Shown here piece after piece: positions 9,344-19,455 of a DNA stretch of 64,000 nucleotides (positions are counted from its first letter, which is position 1; each line of letters begins with the position of its first letter). The position numbers and the translations under genes are program-made. Location: positions 80,321-144,320 of the forward strand of contig JAKBMM010000001.1 of the NCBI GenBank assembly GCA_021831565.1, in the 5' to 3' direction. The notes under the pieces were generated by a model. The model searched no databases and was not told the DNA's origin. It saw only the letters and a program-made list of their open reading frames with translations. The stretch is from Planctomycetota bacterium. Its GTDB lineage: Bacteria; Planctomycetota; Phycisphaerae; WQYP01.

Positions 9344-10541
9344 ACCGCATACCCACCGTACCGCCGCCAAGCCAGCCGAATGGATCCATTCCCTCGGCGC
9401 TCTGGCCGAGTTGTGCACTCGCCTGCGTGCGGCGGGACGCTTCGGCATCGATACGGAATTCATCGGTGAAACCTCCTACTGGCCCATCCTTTGTCTTATC
9501 CAGATTTCCACAGATCATCATGTCGATCTGATCGATCCCCTGGCGCTGCCGAATCTGGACCCGCTGGGCGAACTGATCGCCGACCCCGGCATCGTTAAAA
9601 TCTGCCATGCCGGAGAACAGGACCTGGCGATCCTTTACCGCCATGGCGGACGTCGTCCGGCGGGCGTGTGGGATACCCAGCTTCTGGCCGGACTCATCGG
9701 CATAGGCTATCCACTTTCCTATGGCAAACTTGTTGAATATTTCTGCGGCGTAAACCTGGAAAAAGCCCATACCTACAGCGAATGGCGCCGCCGACCGCTC
9801 ACCCCGGCCCAGCTGGAATATGCCGTGGACGATGTGCTGTATCTGCCCTCCATGGAGCGGGCCATTTCGCAGCGGCTCACCGAACTTAACCGCAATAACT
9901 GGGCGACGGCGCTATGCGACGAGCTTTGCGCCTCCGCCAGCACGCCGCCCGATCCCCGGCAGATGTACTTGAAAATCAAGGTCTCCAAATCGTTTGGACC
10001 GCTGCAAATGGCCGTTTTACAGGCATTGGCCGCCTGGCGCGAGCAAATCGCTTTCGAGCACAACATGCCGGCTCGAACTCTATTACCTGATACGGTGCTG
10101 CGGGATATCGCCAAGCTCATGCCGCAAAGAATTCAGGTATTGAATCGCCTCGAGGATTTTCCCCATCGGGAACGTAAATCCTATGGGCCGGCGATCATGG
10201 AACTGATCCGGCAGGTAAAAGATTCTCCCCCCGAAAGCTATCCTCCCCCGCCGCATGAACTGGATGATTCACCCGATGGACGTTCTTTTGAAGAAACCAT
10301 CTGGGCGGCCGCCCAAGTGATTTGTCTCGGTCAATCGGTGTGTACACAGTTGGTGGAATCGCAGAGCCGGGTGATGGCGTTGGCCGACGCCCTGCGCGCC
10401 GGCGCGGACGTAAGCGGTCATCCCGTCATGCAAGGCTGGCGGTACGAGTGTCTCGGGCGCCACCTGGAGGCTTTTGCGCATGGCCGCAGCCAACTCAACC
10501 TCACCTGCTCTGGATCCAGGATGCAACTGCGGTTGCAGTAA
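9336..10541 (+). CDS. rnd: Ribonuclease D (DEDDy 3'-5' exonuclease plus HRDC domain)
   Basis: Exo I and II motifs are GIDTEFIGETSYWPILCLIQIS and ICHAGEQDLAILY. An HRDC-like C-terminal region (LLPDTVLRDIAKLMPQ) follows. The start was trimmed to MSKPHTHR. Confidence 0.75.
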   Translation: MSKPHTHRTAAKPAEWIHSLGALAELCTRLRAAGRFGIDTEFIGETSYWPILCLIQISTDHHVDLIDPLALPNLDPLGELIADPGIVKICHAGEQDLAILYRHGGRRPAGVWDTQLLAGLIGIGYPLSYGKLVEYFCGVNLEKAHTYSEWRRRPLTPAQLEYAVDDVLYLPSMERAISQRLTELNRNNWATALCDELCASASTPPDPRQMYLKIKVSKSFGPLQMAVLQALAAWREQIAFEHNMPARTLLPDTVLRDIAKLMPQRIQVLNRLEDFPHRERKSYGPAIMELIRQVKDSPPESYPPPPHELDDSPDGRSFEETIWAAAQVICLGQSVCTQLVESQSRVMALADALRAGADVSGHPVMQGWRYECLGRHLEAFAHGRSQLNLTCSGSRMQLRLQ

Positions 10542-10547
10542 AGTTTC

Positions 10548-12482
10548 ATGTGTGGAATAGCCGGCATCATTCAATGGTCGCAGACTCGAGCCGCTCGGGA
10601 CCAGCTCGGCGCGTCTCCGCCGCCCCTTGGCCCTTTTGAGAGCAATTCGCTGCGCCCAAGACTGGACGAACTGCTCCGCCACCGCGGGCCGGATGCCGCT
10701 GGAACCTGGACCACCAACGGACCGGAACAAGTTCTGCTGTTGCACCGGCGACTGGCCGTCATGGATCTGGCCGGCGGCAGCCAGCCCATGGGCAATGAAG
10801 ACGGGAACGTTCAAGTCGTATTCAACGGCGAAATTTATAATCACCGTGAACTGCGAGTTTCGCTGGAATCACGCGGCCACCGCTTTCGCAGCGATCACAG
10901 CGATACAGAAGTGCTGGTGCATGGGTGGGAAGAATGGTCCACCGCCCTGCCGGAAAAACTTCTTGGCATGTTCAGTTTCGCCATCTGGGATTCCCAAAAC
11001 CATGCGCTATTCATGGCTCGCGATCGTATGGGCCAGAAACCTTTATTTTATTCGCAGTTGCCCCGGCAAGTCGCTTTCGCCAGCACGCTACCGGCCCTTT
11101 TGGCCTGCCCCGGTGTTACGCCGCAATCTTCACCCGCCCTGATCCAGGCCTATTTAATACATGGCTATCTGCCCCCGGCGCATAGCATTTACACCGCCAT
11201 CCGACAGGTGGGTCCCGGCCGATGGCTTTGCTGGCGTCAGGGACACCGGGAAGAAGGGCAATATTGGCAGCCTGCCGCCGGTGACGAGCCAGGCCGCCAA
11301 GCCATCTCCGGCGATGACGCCGCCGCGCGTATCCGCAGGCAACTGCAAGCGGCAGTAACCTCGCAAATGGAAGCCGACGTGCCCATCGCCTGTTTTCTCT
11401 CCGGCGGAATCGATTCGGGCATTGTCGCGGCGCTCATGCAGAAAGAGCTTCGCGCCGCTGGCGGCAGGATCAAAACCATCAGCATCGGCTTCGCCGATGC
11501 GGTATTCAACGAATCCGGCCATGCCCGCACCATCGCCGCCGCCATAGGCTCGGAACACCATGAATTCCAACTGGCCCCATCCAACGGCGCGCTGGATACT
11601 CTTGCCTGGTTGATGAACTACAGCCTGGGGGAGCCATTCGCCGACTCCTCCATTTTACCGACCTATTACGCCGCCAACTGCGCTCGGATGGTGGCGCCGT
11701 GCGCCATCAGCGGCGATGGCGCCGATGAACTTTTCGGCGGTTACGATCGCTACCGAGCCATGCTGCTGCTTTCGCGTTATCGAAGGCTCATTTCCCCGGC
11801 TCTCACGGGCGCGTGGCTGGGCCGGTTATCACGGCGCGAGCGGTTATACCGGCTCCAGGCCGGGGCGGCGCAACGCCATTGGGCCGGTCAATACGCCAAT
11901 ATGCTCGCCGTGTTCAACCCTGCCCAGATTCGCGATTTATTTCCCGCGCTGCCGGCGCGCGATGTCGGCCTGGAATGGGACCGGATGGACTTGCCGCCCG
12001 GCCCGACTTTCCGGCAGGTCATGCGCCTGGATCAACGTCATTACCTGCCGGGCGACGTGCTCTGGAAGGTGGATGCGGCCTCCATGGCTTGCGCTCTGGA
12101 AGTGCGCAGTCCTTTTCTGGATCATCGAGTGGTGGAACTCGCCAACGCGCTTCCGGGGAAGCTTATTCTCAACGCCTGGCGGGGAAAACTGGCGCTGTGC
12201 CCCGCTTTTGGCGATCTGCTTCCCGCCCCGACATTCCGCCGGCGCAAACATGGCTTTGCCGTGCCGATCGGTTCGTGGTTGAAAAATGAATTAAAAGGGC
12301 CGTGGCATGATCTGGTATGCGGCGGCGATTCGTTGACAAGTCAATTCGCGCGACCGGGCGCGGCCGAACAGTTGCTCGCCGAGCACAGCGCGGATCTACG
12401 CGACCATACCCATCGGCTTTTTTCGCTGCTGATGTTGGAACTCTGGTATCGCCGTTTTCGACCGCAAATAACGGCTCATTGA
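10548..12482 (+). CDS. asnB: Asparagine synthase (glutamine-hydrolysing), AsnB family
   Basis: MCGIAGI N-terminus carrying the class-II glutamine amidotransferase catalytic Cys2. PP-loop SGGIDSG in the synthetase domain. 644 aa. Confidence 0.8.
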   Translation: MCGIAGIIQWSQTRAARDQLGASPPPLGPFESNSLRPRLDELLRHRGPDAAGTWTTNGPEQVLLLHRRLAVMDLAGGSQPMGNEDGNVQVVFNGEIYNHRELRVSLESRGHRFRSDHSDTEVLVHGWEEWSTALPEKLLGMFSFAIWDSQNHALFMARDRMGQKPLFYSQLPRQVAFASTLPALLACPGVTPQSSPALIQAYLIHGYLPPAHSIYTAIRQVGPGRWLCWRQGHREEGQYWQPAAGDEPGRQAISGDDAAARIRRQLQAAVTSQMEADVPIACFLSGGIDSGIVAALMQKELRAAGGRIKTISIGFADAVFNESGHARTIAAAIGSEHHEFQLAPSNGALDTLAWLMNYSLGEPFADSSILPTYYAANCARMVAPCAISGDGADELFGGYDRYRAMLLLSRYRRLISPALTGAWLGRLSRRERLYRLQAGAAQRHWAGQYANMLAVFNPAQIRDLFPALPARDVGLEWDRMDLPPGPTFRQVMRLDQRHYLPGDVLWKVDAASMACALEVRSPFLDHRVVELANALPGKLILNAWRGKLALCPAFGDLLPAPTFRRRKHGFAVPIGSWLKNELKGPWHDLVCGGDSLTSQFARPGAAEQLLAEHSADLRDHTHRLFSLLMLELWYRRFRPQITAH

Positions 12483-12519
12483 GTCACGAAAGGACACGGC
12501 GCGTTGCCGATGACGCAAC

Positions 12520-15075
12520 TCACCCGTCCACCGGCTCCAGTCGGGCGTGCTCCAGAAACAGCGACCGGCGCCCCGCGGATTGAAATTCCACCACCACGCG
12601 GGTCTTTTCGCCCACTGGCGTTAATTCCGCGATGCGTCCCACGCCGAATTTCTGATGACGCACCAGCGAACCTTTCCGGAATCGCGCCGGCGCGGAGGCC
12701 GGCTCCGCCGCGGCAATGGATCTCCTGGCGGAATCCCGATAGCTGGCGGGTTTCGTTCGCAAGGGCCGCGCCTGATCTATGGTTTCATCGCGATACCCAG
12801 GTGAACCGGCGAGTCTCTCCTGTGCCAACAAGTCGATCCTTACCACGCATTCATCCGGTATTTCTTTCAGGAAACGCGAGGCGACGCGTCCCTCCGAGCG
12901 CCCCATGATCATGCGATAGCAGCTATGACTGAGAATTAACTGCTGCATGGCGCGGGTCATGCCCACAAAACACAGACGCCTCTCTTCCTCCACATCCTGC
13001 GGCCGGCCTTGAAAACCGATCGCCCTTTCATGCGGCAAAATCCCTTCTTCCATAGCCACAATGGCGACCACGGGAAACTCCAGTCCCTTGGCGGCGTGGA
13101 GAGTCATCAATGTCACCGCCCCGCTTTTCTCGCCAAGCCGATCCACATCGGATACTAGAGCGACCTGCGTTAAATAATCCGACAGGCTGCCGGAGGGATT
13201 TTGCCGGCCGTCCTGGGCGTGGCGCGCAGACAGGTCATATTCCGTCGCGACGTTGATCAGTTCCTGAATATTGGATTGCCGCTGGAGCGATTCCTCATCC
13301 ATGGTCCTGGTCTTTGATTCACGGATGAATCCCGCCCGGTGAATAACTTCTTCCATGATGGCGGCGACCGGCGGGAAGCGGCGCGATCCGCCGGAGCCTT
13401 CTCCGGCGTGCGGAGATACACTCTGGTCTGTCGCGTCCCGATGGCTGGCAGGTCCTGGCGGGCTATTTTCATCGGCATCGGCGGAGAAATTGGAGAGTTC
13501 GGTGCAAGCCGTCGCTTCCGTGGCAAGGGCCGGATCATAAAGAGGGTCGAATTCATTGGTCCCGATAGCGCCTCGGTCCGCCTCTGGCGAGCCAGGGGGC
13601 AGCCTGTCTGCGTGCGACGCACAGGCGGGCGGGATCGCCAGGAGCCGCAACGAATCAATCAACGCCGCGAATTGTTGGAAAGCCTCCACGGCTCTTTTGG
13701 TCAGACCCGGTACTTCCTCCGCCCGCCGACATGCCGCCGGCAGACTGATGCCCGCATGGGCGGCGTAGTCGGCCAGGCGGGAAACACTCGTGCCGCCGAG
13801 TCCGCGGGCGGGCACGTTGATGACCCGTTGAAAGCTCAGAGTATCATCCGGATTCACCAGGAGTTTCAGATACGCCAGCACGTCCTTGACTTCCTTGCGG
13901 GCGTAAAATTCCGTGCCGCGAACAATCTGGTATGGCAGGCCGGCCTCCATCAGCGCTTCTTCGAGCACGCGCGAGATCGCATTGACGCGGTAAAAAACCG
14001 CCATTTTGTCCCAGGAAATTCCCTCCCGCTCGTGCCAGTCGCGCAGCCGTCGCACAATCTCCCGGGCCTCCTGCTTTTCATCGGCCGAGCAAATATGGAT
14101 AACCTTGGAGCCAATGGTATTTTCGGTCCATAAATCCTTGTGTTTTCGCTGACGATTGTGGGAAATCAGCGACGAAGCGGCCTGGAGAATTGTCTTCGTG
14201 CTCCGGTAGTTCTGTTCCAGAAGCACGACTTTGGCGCGGGGAAAAAACTTCTCAAACTCCAGAATATTGGAAAGATTGGCTCCCCGCCAGGCGTAAATCG
14301 ACTGATCCGGATCGCCGGTGGCGCAGATGTTTTCATGCTCCATGGCCAGCATGTGGGCAATGACGAACTGGGCGTGATTGGTATCCTGATATTCATCGAT
14401 CAGGATATAACGAAAGCGACCCTGGAGCTGGTTTCGGACTTCGGCATTGTCGCGCAGCAGCAGCGCGGTTTTCAGCAGCAGGTCATCAAAATCGACCGCT
14501 TGGCTCGCGCCGAGCAACTCTTCATACACCCGATAAACCCTGGCGACGCTGGTATCAAAATAGCCGGCAGCGGCGGCGGCGAAAGCGTCCACCCGCTGGA
14601 GCCGGTTCTTGGCGCCGCTGATTTTGTCCAACACCCGCGCCGGCGCGAAGTTTTCCGGAGAAAGCCCTATTTTTTCCAGAGCCTGCTTAATGAGCTTCAA
14701 CTGATCGGCGGTATCCAGGATACCAAAGGCGGCCGGCAGGCCGATCGCGGACGAGAATTCGCGCAGCAACCGGGCGCAAAGACTGTGGAAGGTTGAGACC
14801 GTGGGAGCACCGCCGTGGCGAAGGGATAACCCCGCCAGCAACGCCAGCGTGCGATGGCGCATCTCCGCCGCGGCTTTATTGGTAAACGTGACGGCCAAAA
14901 TGTTCATGGGCGCGATGCCTTGGGCCGCCAGGTAAGCCATGCGCCGGGTAATGGTGCGGGTTTTGCCTGAACCGGCACCGGCCAATACCAGCAGCGGACC
15001 GTCAACGTGCGTGACCGCCGCGCGCTGGGCCAGGGTCAAATCGCCAAGAATTGCATCCCCATTGTCGGCAGTCAT
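12520..15075 (-). CDS. uvrD: ATP-dependent DNA helicase, UvrD/PcrA (SF1) family
   Basis: Walker A AGAGSGKTRTITRR, motif II DEYQDTN, motif VI VGMTRA, and a C-terminal UvrD Tudor-like tail (FRKGSLVRHQKFGVGRI). The start was trimmed to MTADNGD. A low-complexity acidic insertion lies before the C-terminal domain. Confidence 0.8.
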   Translation of the reverse strand: MTADNGDAILGDLTLAQRAAVTHVDGPLLVLAGAGSGKTRTITRRMAYLAAQGIAPMNILAVTFTNKAAAEMRHRTLALLAGLSLRHGGAPTVSTFHSLCARLLREFSSAIGLPAAFGILDTADQLKLIKQALEKIGLSPENFAPARVLDKISGAKNRLQRVDAFAAAAAGYFDTSVARVYRVYEELLGASQAVDFDDLLLKTALLLRDNAEVRNQLQGRFRYILIDEYQDTNHAQFVIAHMLAMEHENICATGDPDQSIYAWRGANLSNILEFEKFFPRAKVVLLEQNYRSTKTILQAASSLISHNRQRKHKDLWTENTIGSKVIHICSADEKQEAREIVRRLRDWHEREGISWDKMAVFYRVNAISRVLEEALMEAGLPYQIVRGTEFYARKEVKDVLAYLKLLVNPDDTLSFQRVINVPARGLGGTSVSRLADYAAHAGISLPAACRRAEEVPGLTKRAVEAFQQFAALIDSLRLLAIPPACASHADRLPPGSPEADRGAIGTNEFDPLYDPALATEATACTELSNFSADADENSPPGPASHRDATDQSVSPHAGEGSGGSRRFPPVAAIMEEVIHRAGFIRESKTRTMDEESLQRQSNIQELINVATEYDLSARHAQDGRQNPSGSLSDYLTQVALVSDVDRLGEKSGAVTLMTLHAAKGLEFPVVAIVAMEEGILPHERAIGFQGRPQDVEEERRLCFVGMTRAMQQLILSHSCYRMIMGRSEGRVASRFLKEIPDECVVRIDLLAQERLAGSPGYRDETIDQARPLRTKPASYRDSARRSIAAAEPASAPARFRKGSLVRHQKFGVGRIAELTPVGEKTRVVVEFQSAGRRSLFLEHARLEPVDG

Positions 15076-15251
15076 GAATGTCACACACCCATCCAGGCGG
15101 CGTATCTTTGGTTCCGCCCCATACGCAAACTTTTCATCATATCCGATCTCGAAGACCGATGGCGTATCGTCACGGTTAAATTTGGCGGCATAGGCACGGC
15201 GGCATAAGCCATTCCCTTGACCGACAGCCGGAACCACGATATGTTAGGTAT

Positions 15252-16502
15252 TTGTACGGTATCGGGGAGTGGATGATGCTGCGTTATCTTTTTGTTGATA
15301 TGAACAGCTTTTTTGCGTCCGTCGAGCAGCAGGAATCACCGGAACTCCGCGGCCATCCGGTGGGAATCATCCCCATGCCCTGCTCCACAACCTGCTGCAT
15401 CGCCGCCAGCTACGAAGCCAAGGCCTACGGAGTCGGCACAGGCACGCCCGTGCGCCGGGCCAGGGAACTTTGTTCATCCCTCATCCTGATTGTGGCGCGC
15501 CCGCAAGTATACGTGGATTACCATCATCGCATCGTGGCGGCGGTGGAGTCATGCCTTCATGTCGATCAGATTTGTTCCATCGATGAAATGTACGGGCGGC
15601 TGCTGGGCGAGGAACAAAAGCCGGCGATGGCCGCGGCCATCGCTTACAAGGTCAAACATGCGATTCGTGACGCCGTCGGACCTTATATACGTTGTTCCGT
15701 CGGGCTTGGTCCCAATGTGTGGCTCGCCAAGGTGGCCAGCGACATGCAAAAGCCCGACGGCCTGACCATCATTCTGCCGGAGCAAATGCCCGCGGCGCTC
15801 TACCGCCTGAAACTGACCGACCTGCCGGGCATCGCCGCTCGGATGGAAAAGCGGCTGCGCCAACATGGCGTTGCGCACGTCCACCAACTCTGCCAATTGT
15901 CCGAGCCGATGCTGGCGGCGATCTGGAACAGCCAAGTGCTTGGTTCCATCTGGTGGCAACGGCTGCACGGGCAGGATCCGCCGTTCCGGCCCACCCATCG
16001 CCGCCTGGTGGGGCACTCCCACGTGCTGCCCCCGCCATGGCGCTCGGAGGATCGCTGCCACGCGGTGCTGGTGCGCATGATCCACAAAGCCGCGGCGCGC
16101 CTGCGGCGCCTGTGCTATTCGGCGGGCGATCTGCTTGTATTCGTCGACTACATGGATCGTCCGCCGTGGAGCCGGCGCGTTTTCCTGGGCCAGGCGCGCG
16201 ACACCCTTACCGCGGTGGAGGCGTTTAATTCAATCTGGCCGGCGCATCCGCCGGGCCGCCCGTTCCGTGTGGGCGTGGCATTCGAACGTTTATGCGCCGA
16301 TCACACGGGCACCCTGCCGCTGTACGCCCAGCAAGCGCAGCGTAACGTTCTGGCCGATGTGATGGACCGGATCAATCACAAGTATGGCCGCGATAAGGTC
16401 CATTGGGGAGAAATGATGGGCGCACAAGAAGCGGCGCCCACGAGAATCAGCTATACCCAAATACCCGCCTGGGAAGAGTTTGGCGGCGCGGAGTGTGGGT
16501 GA
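15252..16502 (+). CDS. dinB: Y-family DNA polymerase IV (DinB-like)
   Basis: N-terminal FVDMNSFFASVEQ and catalytic SIDEMYG (DE pair), typical of active DinB/UmuC-fold polymerases. Divergent from uvrD. Confidence 0.75.
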   Translation: MYGIGEWMMLRYLFVDMNSFFASVEQQESPELRGHPVGIIPMPCSTTCCIAASYEAKAYGVGTGTPVRRARELCSSLILIVARPQVYVDYHHRIVAAVESCLHVDQICSIDEMYGRLLGEEQKPAMAAAIAYKVKHAIRDAVGPYIRCSVGLGPNVWLAKVASDMQKPDGLTIILPEQMPAALYRLKLTDLPGIAARMEKRLRQHGVAHVHQLCQLSEPMLAAIWNSQVLGSIWWQRLHGQDPPFRPTHRRLVGHSHVLPPPWRSEDRCHAVLVRMIHKAAARLRRLCYSAGDLLVFVDYMDRPPWSRRVFLGQARDTLTAVEAFNSIWPAHPPGRPFRVGVAFERLCADHTGTLPLYAQQAQRNVLADVMDRINHKYGRDKVHWGEMMGAQEAAPTRISYTQIPAWEEFGGAECG

Positions 16503-16621
16503 GAAGATAACGACATACGCCGCGCGCCATTGCCGGCGGAGCTTTGGTTCACGGCTATTTGCCGCTAGAATACATTGTTTTGTACGCGACCTTACGCGGC
16601 AACAAATATGAGGAACCGTAT

Positions 16622-17878
16622 ATGATTTCCCGGCACAAAACCCGGCAGGTAAAAGTGGGCAATGTTCTTATCGGCGGCGGCGCTCCCGTGACGGTGCAGT
16701 CGATGACCAGCGGTTACACGCATGACATCGACAACTGCGTGCGCGAGATCAACAAGCTGGCCGCGGCCGGGGCGGACATGGTGCGCGTGGCCGTGCCGGA
16801 ACGAAAAGATACCGCGGCTCTCCCGGAAATCATCAAACAGGTAAGCGTACCCATTGTGGCCGACGTGCACTTCCATTTTCAGCGGGCGCTGGAGGCGATT
16901 GCGGCGGGCGTAAGCAAAATACGCCTGAATCCCGGCAATATCAATGACCGCAAACAGGTGGAAATGGTTATCGATGCCTGCCGCGAACGGGGCCTGCCCA
17001 TCCGTGTGGGTGTGAATGAAGGCTCCATCGTGGAGCGGCGCGACAAGCAGAAGCGCCGGCGCGAACTGGGCGCGGTATTCGGCGACAACCGGCACGGCCG
17101 GTTGCTGGCCATCATGATCAGCAAGCTCGAAGAATACCTGGATATTTTCTACGATCGGAATTTTTACGACATCGTGATTTCCGCCAAATCCATCGATCCC
17201 CTGCTGGTCATCGACGCCTACACCGAAATTTCCCGGCGATTCGATCATCCGCTGCACCTGGGCGTAACCCATGCCGGACCGCGGGAAACCGGAACCATTC
17301 GCAGCGTGGCGCCGCTGGGAACCCTGCTGGCCAACGGTATCGGCGATACCCTCCGCATCAGTTACGCCAGCGACCCGATTTACGAGGTGCAGGATGGCCT
17401 GGAACTGCTCTATGTACTGGGATTGCGCCAGCGCCGGGGCGCGGAACTGATCGCCTGTCCCACCTGCGGGCGCATCCAGGTGGACCTGTTCACACTGGTG
17501 CAGCAGGTAAACCGCAAACTCCAGCAGGAAATAACCCTGCCCATGAAGGTGGCGGTGATGGGCTGCGTGGTGAACGGTCCGGGCGAGTGCGAGGGAGCGG
17601 ACGTGGCGATTTTCGCCGGCGACAAACGCGGCATCATTTACGTGCAGGGTGAAAAGGTGGCCAATGTGCCGGAGGATCGGATCCTCGATACCCTTTTAGA
17701 GCACTGCAAGGCGTTTGAAGAAAAGGTGCGCCACGGCAAGGCTCGCCTGGGCGAGAAGGTGGTGGATATCATTCCTCCGGACCCGCTGGGGCAACTTGGT
17801 TCCGGTTACGCTAAAATATCCGCGGAAAAAAACGCCGGCGACTCCGGAGGCGTCGCCCTTCCGGTGGTCAACAAGTAA
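16622..17878 (+). CDS. ispG: 4-hydroxy-3-methylbut-2-en-1-yl diphosphate synthase (flavodoxin)
   Basis: KTRQVKVGNVLIGGGAPVTVQSMT N-terminus and the C-terminal Cys triad (CPTCGR ... GCVVNGPGE). A GAGGAA Shine-Dalgarno lies upstream of the MISRHK start. Confidence 0.9.
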   Translation: MISRHKTRQVKVGNVLIGGGAPVTVQSMTSGYTHDIDNCVREINKLAAAGADMVRVAVPERKDTAALPEIIKQVSVPIVADVHFHFQRALEAIAAGVSKIRLNPGNINDRKQVEMVIDACRERGLPIRVGVNEGSIVERRDKQKRRRELGAVFGDNRHGRLLAIMISKLEEYLDIFYDRNFYDIVISAKSIDPLLVIDAYTEISRRFDHPLHLGVTHAGPRETGTIRSVAPLGTLLANGIGDTLRISYASDPIYEVQDGLELLYVLGLRQRRGAELIACPTCGRIQVDLFTLVQQVNRKLQQEITLPMKVAVMGCVVNGPGECEGADVAIFAGDKRGIIYVQGEKVANVPEDRILDTLLEHCKAFEEKVRHGKARLGEKVVDIIPPDPLGQLGSGYAKISAEKNAGDSGGVALPVVNK

Positions 17879-17921
17879 AGTTAACGGGAGCCGGCGCCGC
17901 GATCGGGCCGGAAGAAATCTG

Positions 17922-19379
17922 ATGTTTGAGAATCTTACCGAGAGTTTTTCAACCCTGCTGCGTAACCTGTCCGGCCGCGGGCGCATCAGCGAGCAAAATG
18001 TCCGGGCGGCGATGGACGACATCCGCAACGCCCTGCTGGAGGCGGATGTTCATTATGAAGTGGTGCAGGATTTCACCCGGCGGGTGCTGGAAAAATCCAT
18101 TGGCGCACAAGTTCTCGCTTCGCTCCAGCCCGGCGAACAGATGGTCAAAATCGTCTTCGACGAGCTGGTCGCCCTCATGGGACCAGTCGATACCCGCATT
18201 TATTATGTCGATCCCCCCCCCACCATCATCATGATGTGCGGCCTGCAAGGGTCGGGAAAAACAACCACGTGCGGTAAATTGGCCCTGTACCTGAAGGGCA
18301 AGGGAAAAAATCCACTGCTGGTAGCGGCCGATACCCAGCGCCCCGCCGCTATCGATCAACTCGTTGCGCTGGGTGGACAGATTGAAACACCGGTTTATCG
18401 GGAGGATCCGCAGGCCGGTCCCGTGAGCATCTGCCGCCGGGCAATTGATTACGCCCGCCAAAACGGCCGGGACGTGGTTATTCTCGACACCGCCGGCCGC
18501 CTGCATCTGGACGCCCCCCTGATGGATCAGCTCCGGCAGATCGGCCAGGTGGTCAAGCCGCATCAAATTTATCTGGTGGTCGATTCCATGGTCGGCCAGG
18601 ACGCCGTCAATTCCGCCCGCGCGTTCAATGCCCAACTGGAACTCGACGGTGTGATTCTTACCAAATTCGATTCGGATACCCGCGGCGGCGCGGCGCTGTC
18701 GGTCAAGGCCATCACCGGAAAACCGATCAAATTTCTCGGCGTGGGCGAAAAACTTCAGATGCTCGAAGAGTTTCATCCGGATCGGATCGCCCAGCGCATG
18801 CTGGGCATGGGCGACGTCCTCACGCTGGTGGAAAAGACCCAACAGGAATTCGACCAGACCAGAATGGCCCGGATGCAGGAAAAACTGGCCAAAGCCACTT
18901 TCACGCTGGATGACTTCCTCGACCAGATGCGCTCCCTCCGGAAAATGGGACCGATGAAGCAGGTGTTGGGAATGTTGCCCGGCGCCGGCGCGGCGCTTAA
19001 GAACGCGCAGGTCCCGGAAGAAGAGCTCGACCGCGTCGAGGCGGTTATTCAAAGCATGACCCGCAAGGAACGTGAAAATCCGGATATAGTGGACGGTTCG
19101 CGCCGCCGGCGCATCGCCCGCGGCTCCGGCGCAGCGACCGAAGATGTTTCACGACTGATCAAGGGTTTCGCCGCGGCGCGCGATATGGCGAAGAAATTGG
19201 GCGGCCTTTCCATGGGCGGGCGCATGCGCCTGATGCAGAGTTTTGGCACGATGGACATGCAAGCCTTGGCCGCCGGCGAATTGCCTACTCCCCCCGCGGA
19301 TGAATTCAAGCCGCGCAGTGGGCGGTTAACGCCTCAACAGAAACGCCGCCTGCGGGATAAACGCCGACGGGGAAAATAA
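17922..19379 (+). CDS. ffh: Signal recognition particle protein
   Basis: MFENLTESF start, GTPase G1 GLQGSGKTTTCGKLA, DTAGR, TKFDSD, and a Met-rich M domain with basic tail (KRRLRDKRRRGK). Confidence 0.9.
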   Translation: MFENLTESFSTLLRNLSGRGRISEQNVRAAMDDIRNALLEADVHYEVVQDFTRRVLEKSIGAQVLASLQPGEQMVKIVFDELVALMGPVDTRIYYVDPPPTIIMMCGLQGSGKTTTCGKLALYLKGKGKNPLLVAADTQRPAAIDQLVALGGQIETPVYREDPQAGPVSICRRAIDYARQNGRDVVILDTAGRLHLDAPLMDQLRQIGQVVKPHQIYLVVDSMVGQDAVNSARAFNAQLELDGVILTKFDSDTRGGAALSVKAITGKPIKFLGVGEKLQMLEEFHPDRIAQRMLGMGDVLTLVEKTQQEFDQTRMARMQEKLAKATFTLDDFLDQMRSLRKMGPMKQVLGMLPGAGAALKNAQVPEEELDRVEAVIQSMTRKERENPDIVDGSRRRRIARGSGAATEDVSRLIKGFAAARDMAKKLGGLSMGGRMRLMQSFGTMDMQALAAGELPTPPADEFKPRSGRLTPQQKRRLRDKRRRGK

Positions 19380-19395
19380 AATTTCCTAAAAAACA

Positions 19396-19428
19396 GGGCC
19401 GCCGCTCAGAGGCCATCCGCGGCGGCCC
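19396..19428. terminator. GC-rich hairpin (10-bp perfect stem GGGCCGCCGC/GCGGCGGCCC) between convergent ffh and recombinase genes
   Basis: Perfect inverted repeat with a 13-nt loop, followed by GGTTGTTGTGTT. It is positioned between two convergent stop codons and is a likely bidirectional terminator. Confidence 0.5.
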
Positions 19429-19455
19429 GGTTGTTGTGTTATCGGGAAACTATGC

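Noticed and set aside
18212-18220. C9 homopolymer inside ffh (encoding PPP)
   Set aside because: It lies in an essential gene and is in frame, so phase variation is implausible. It is flagged only as a site prone to sequencing indel errors.
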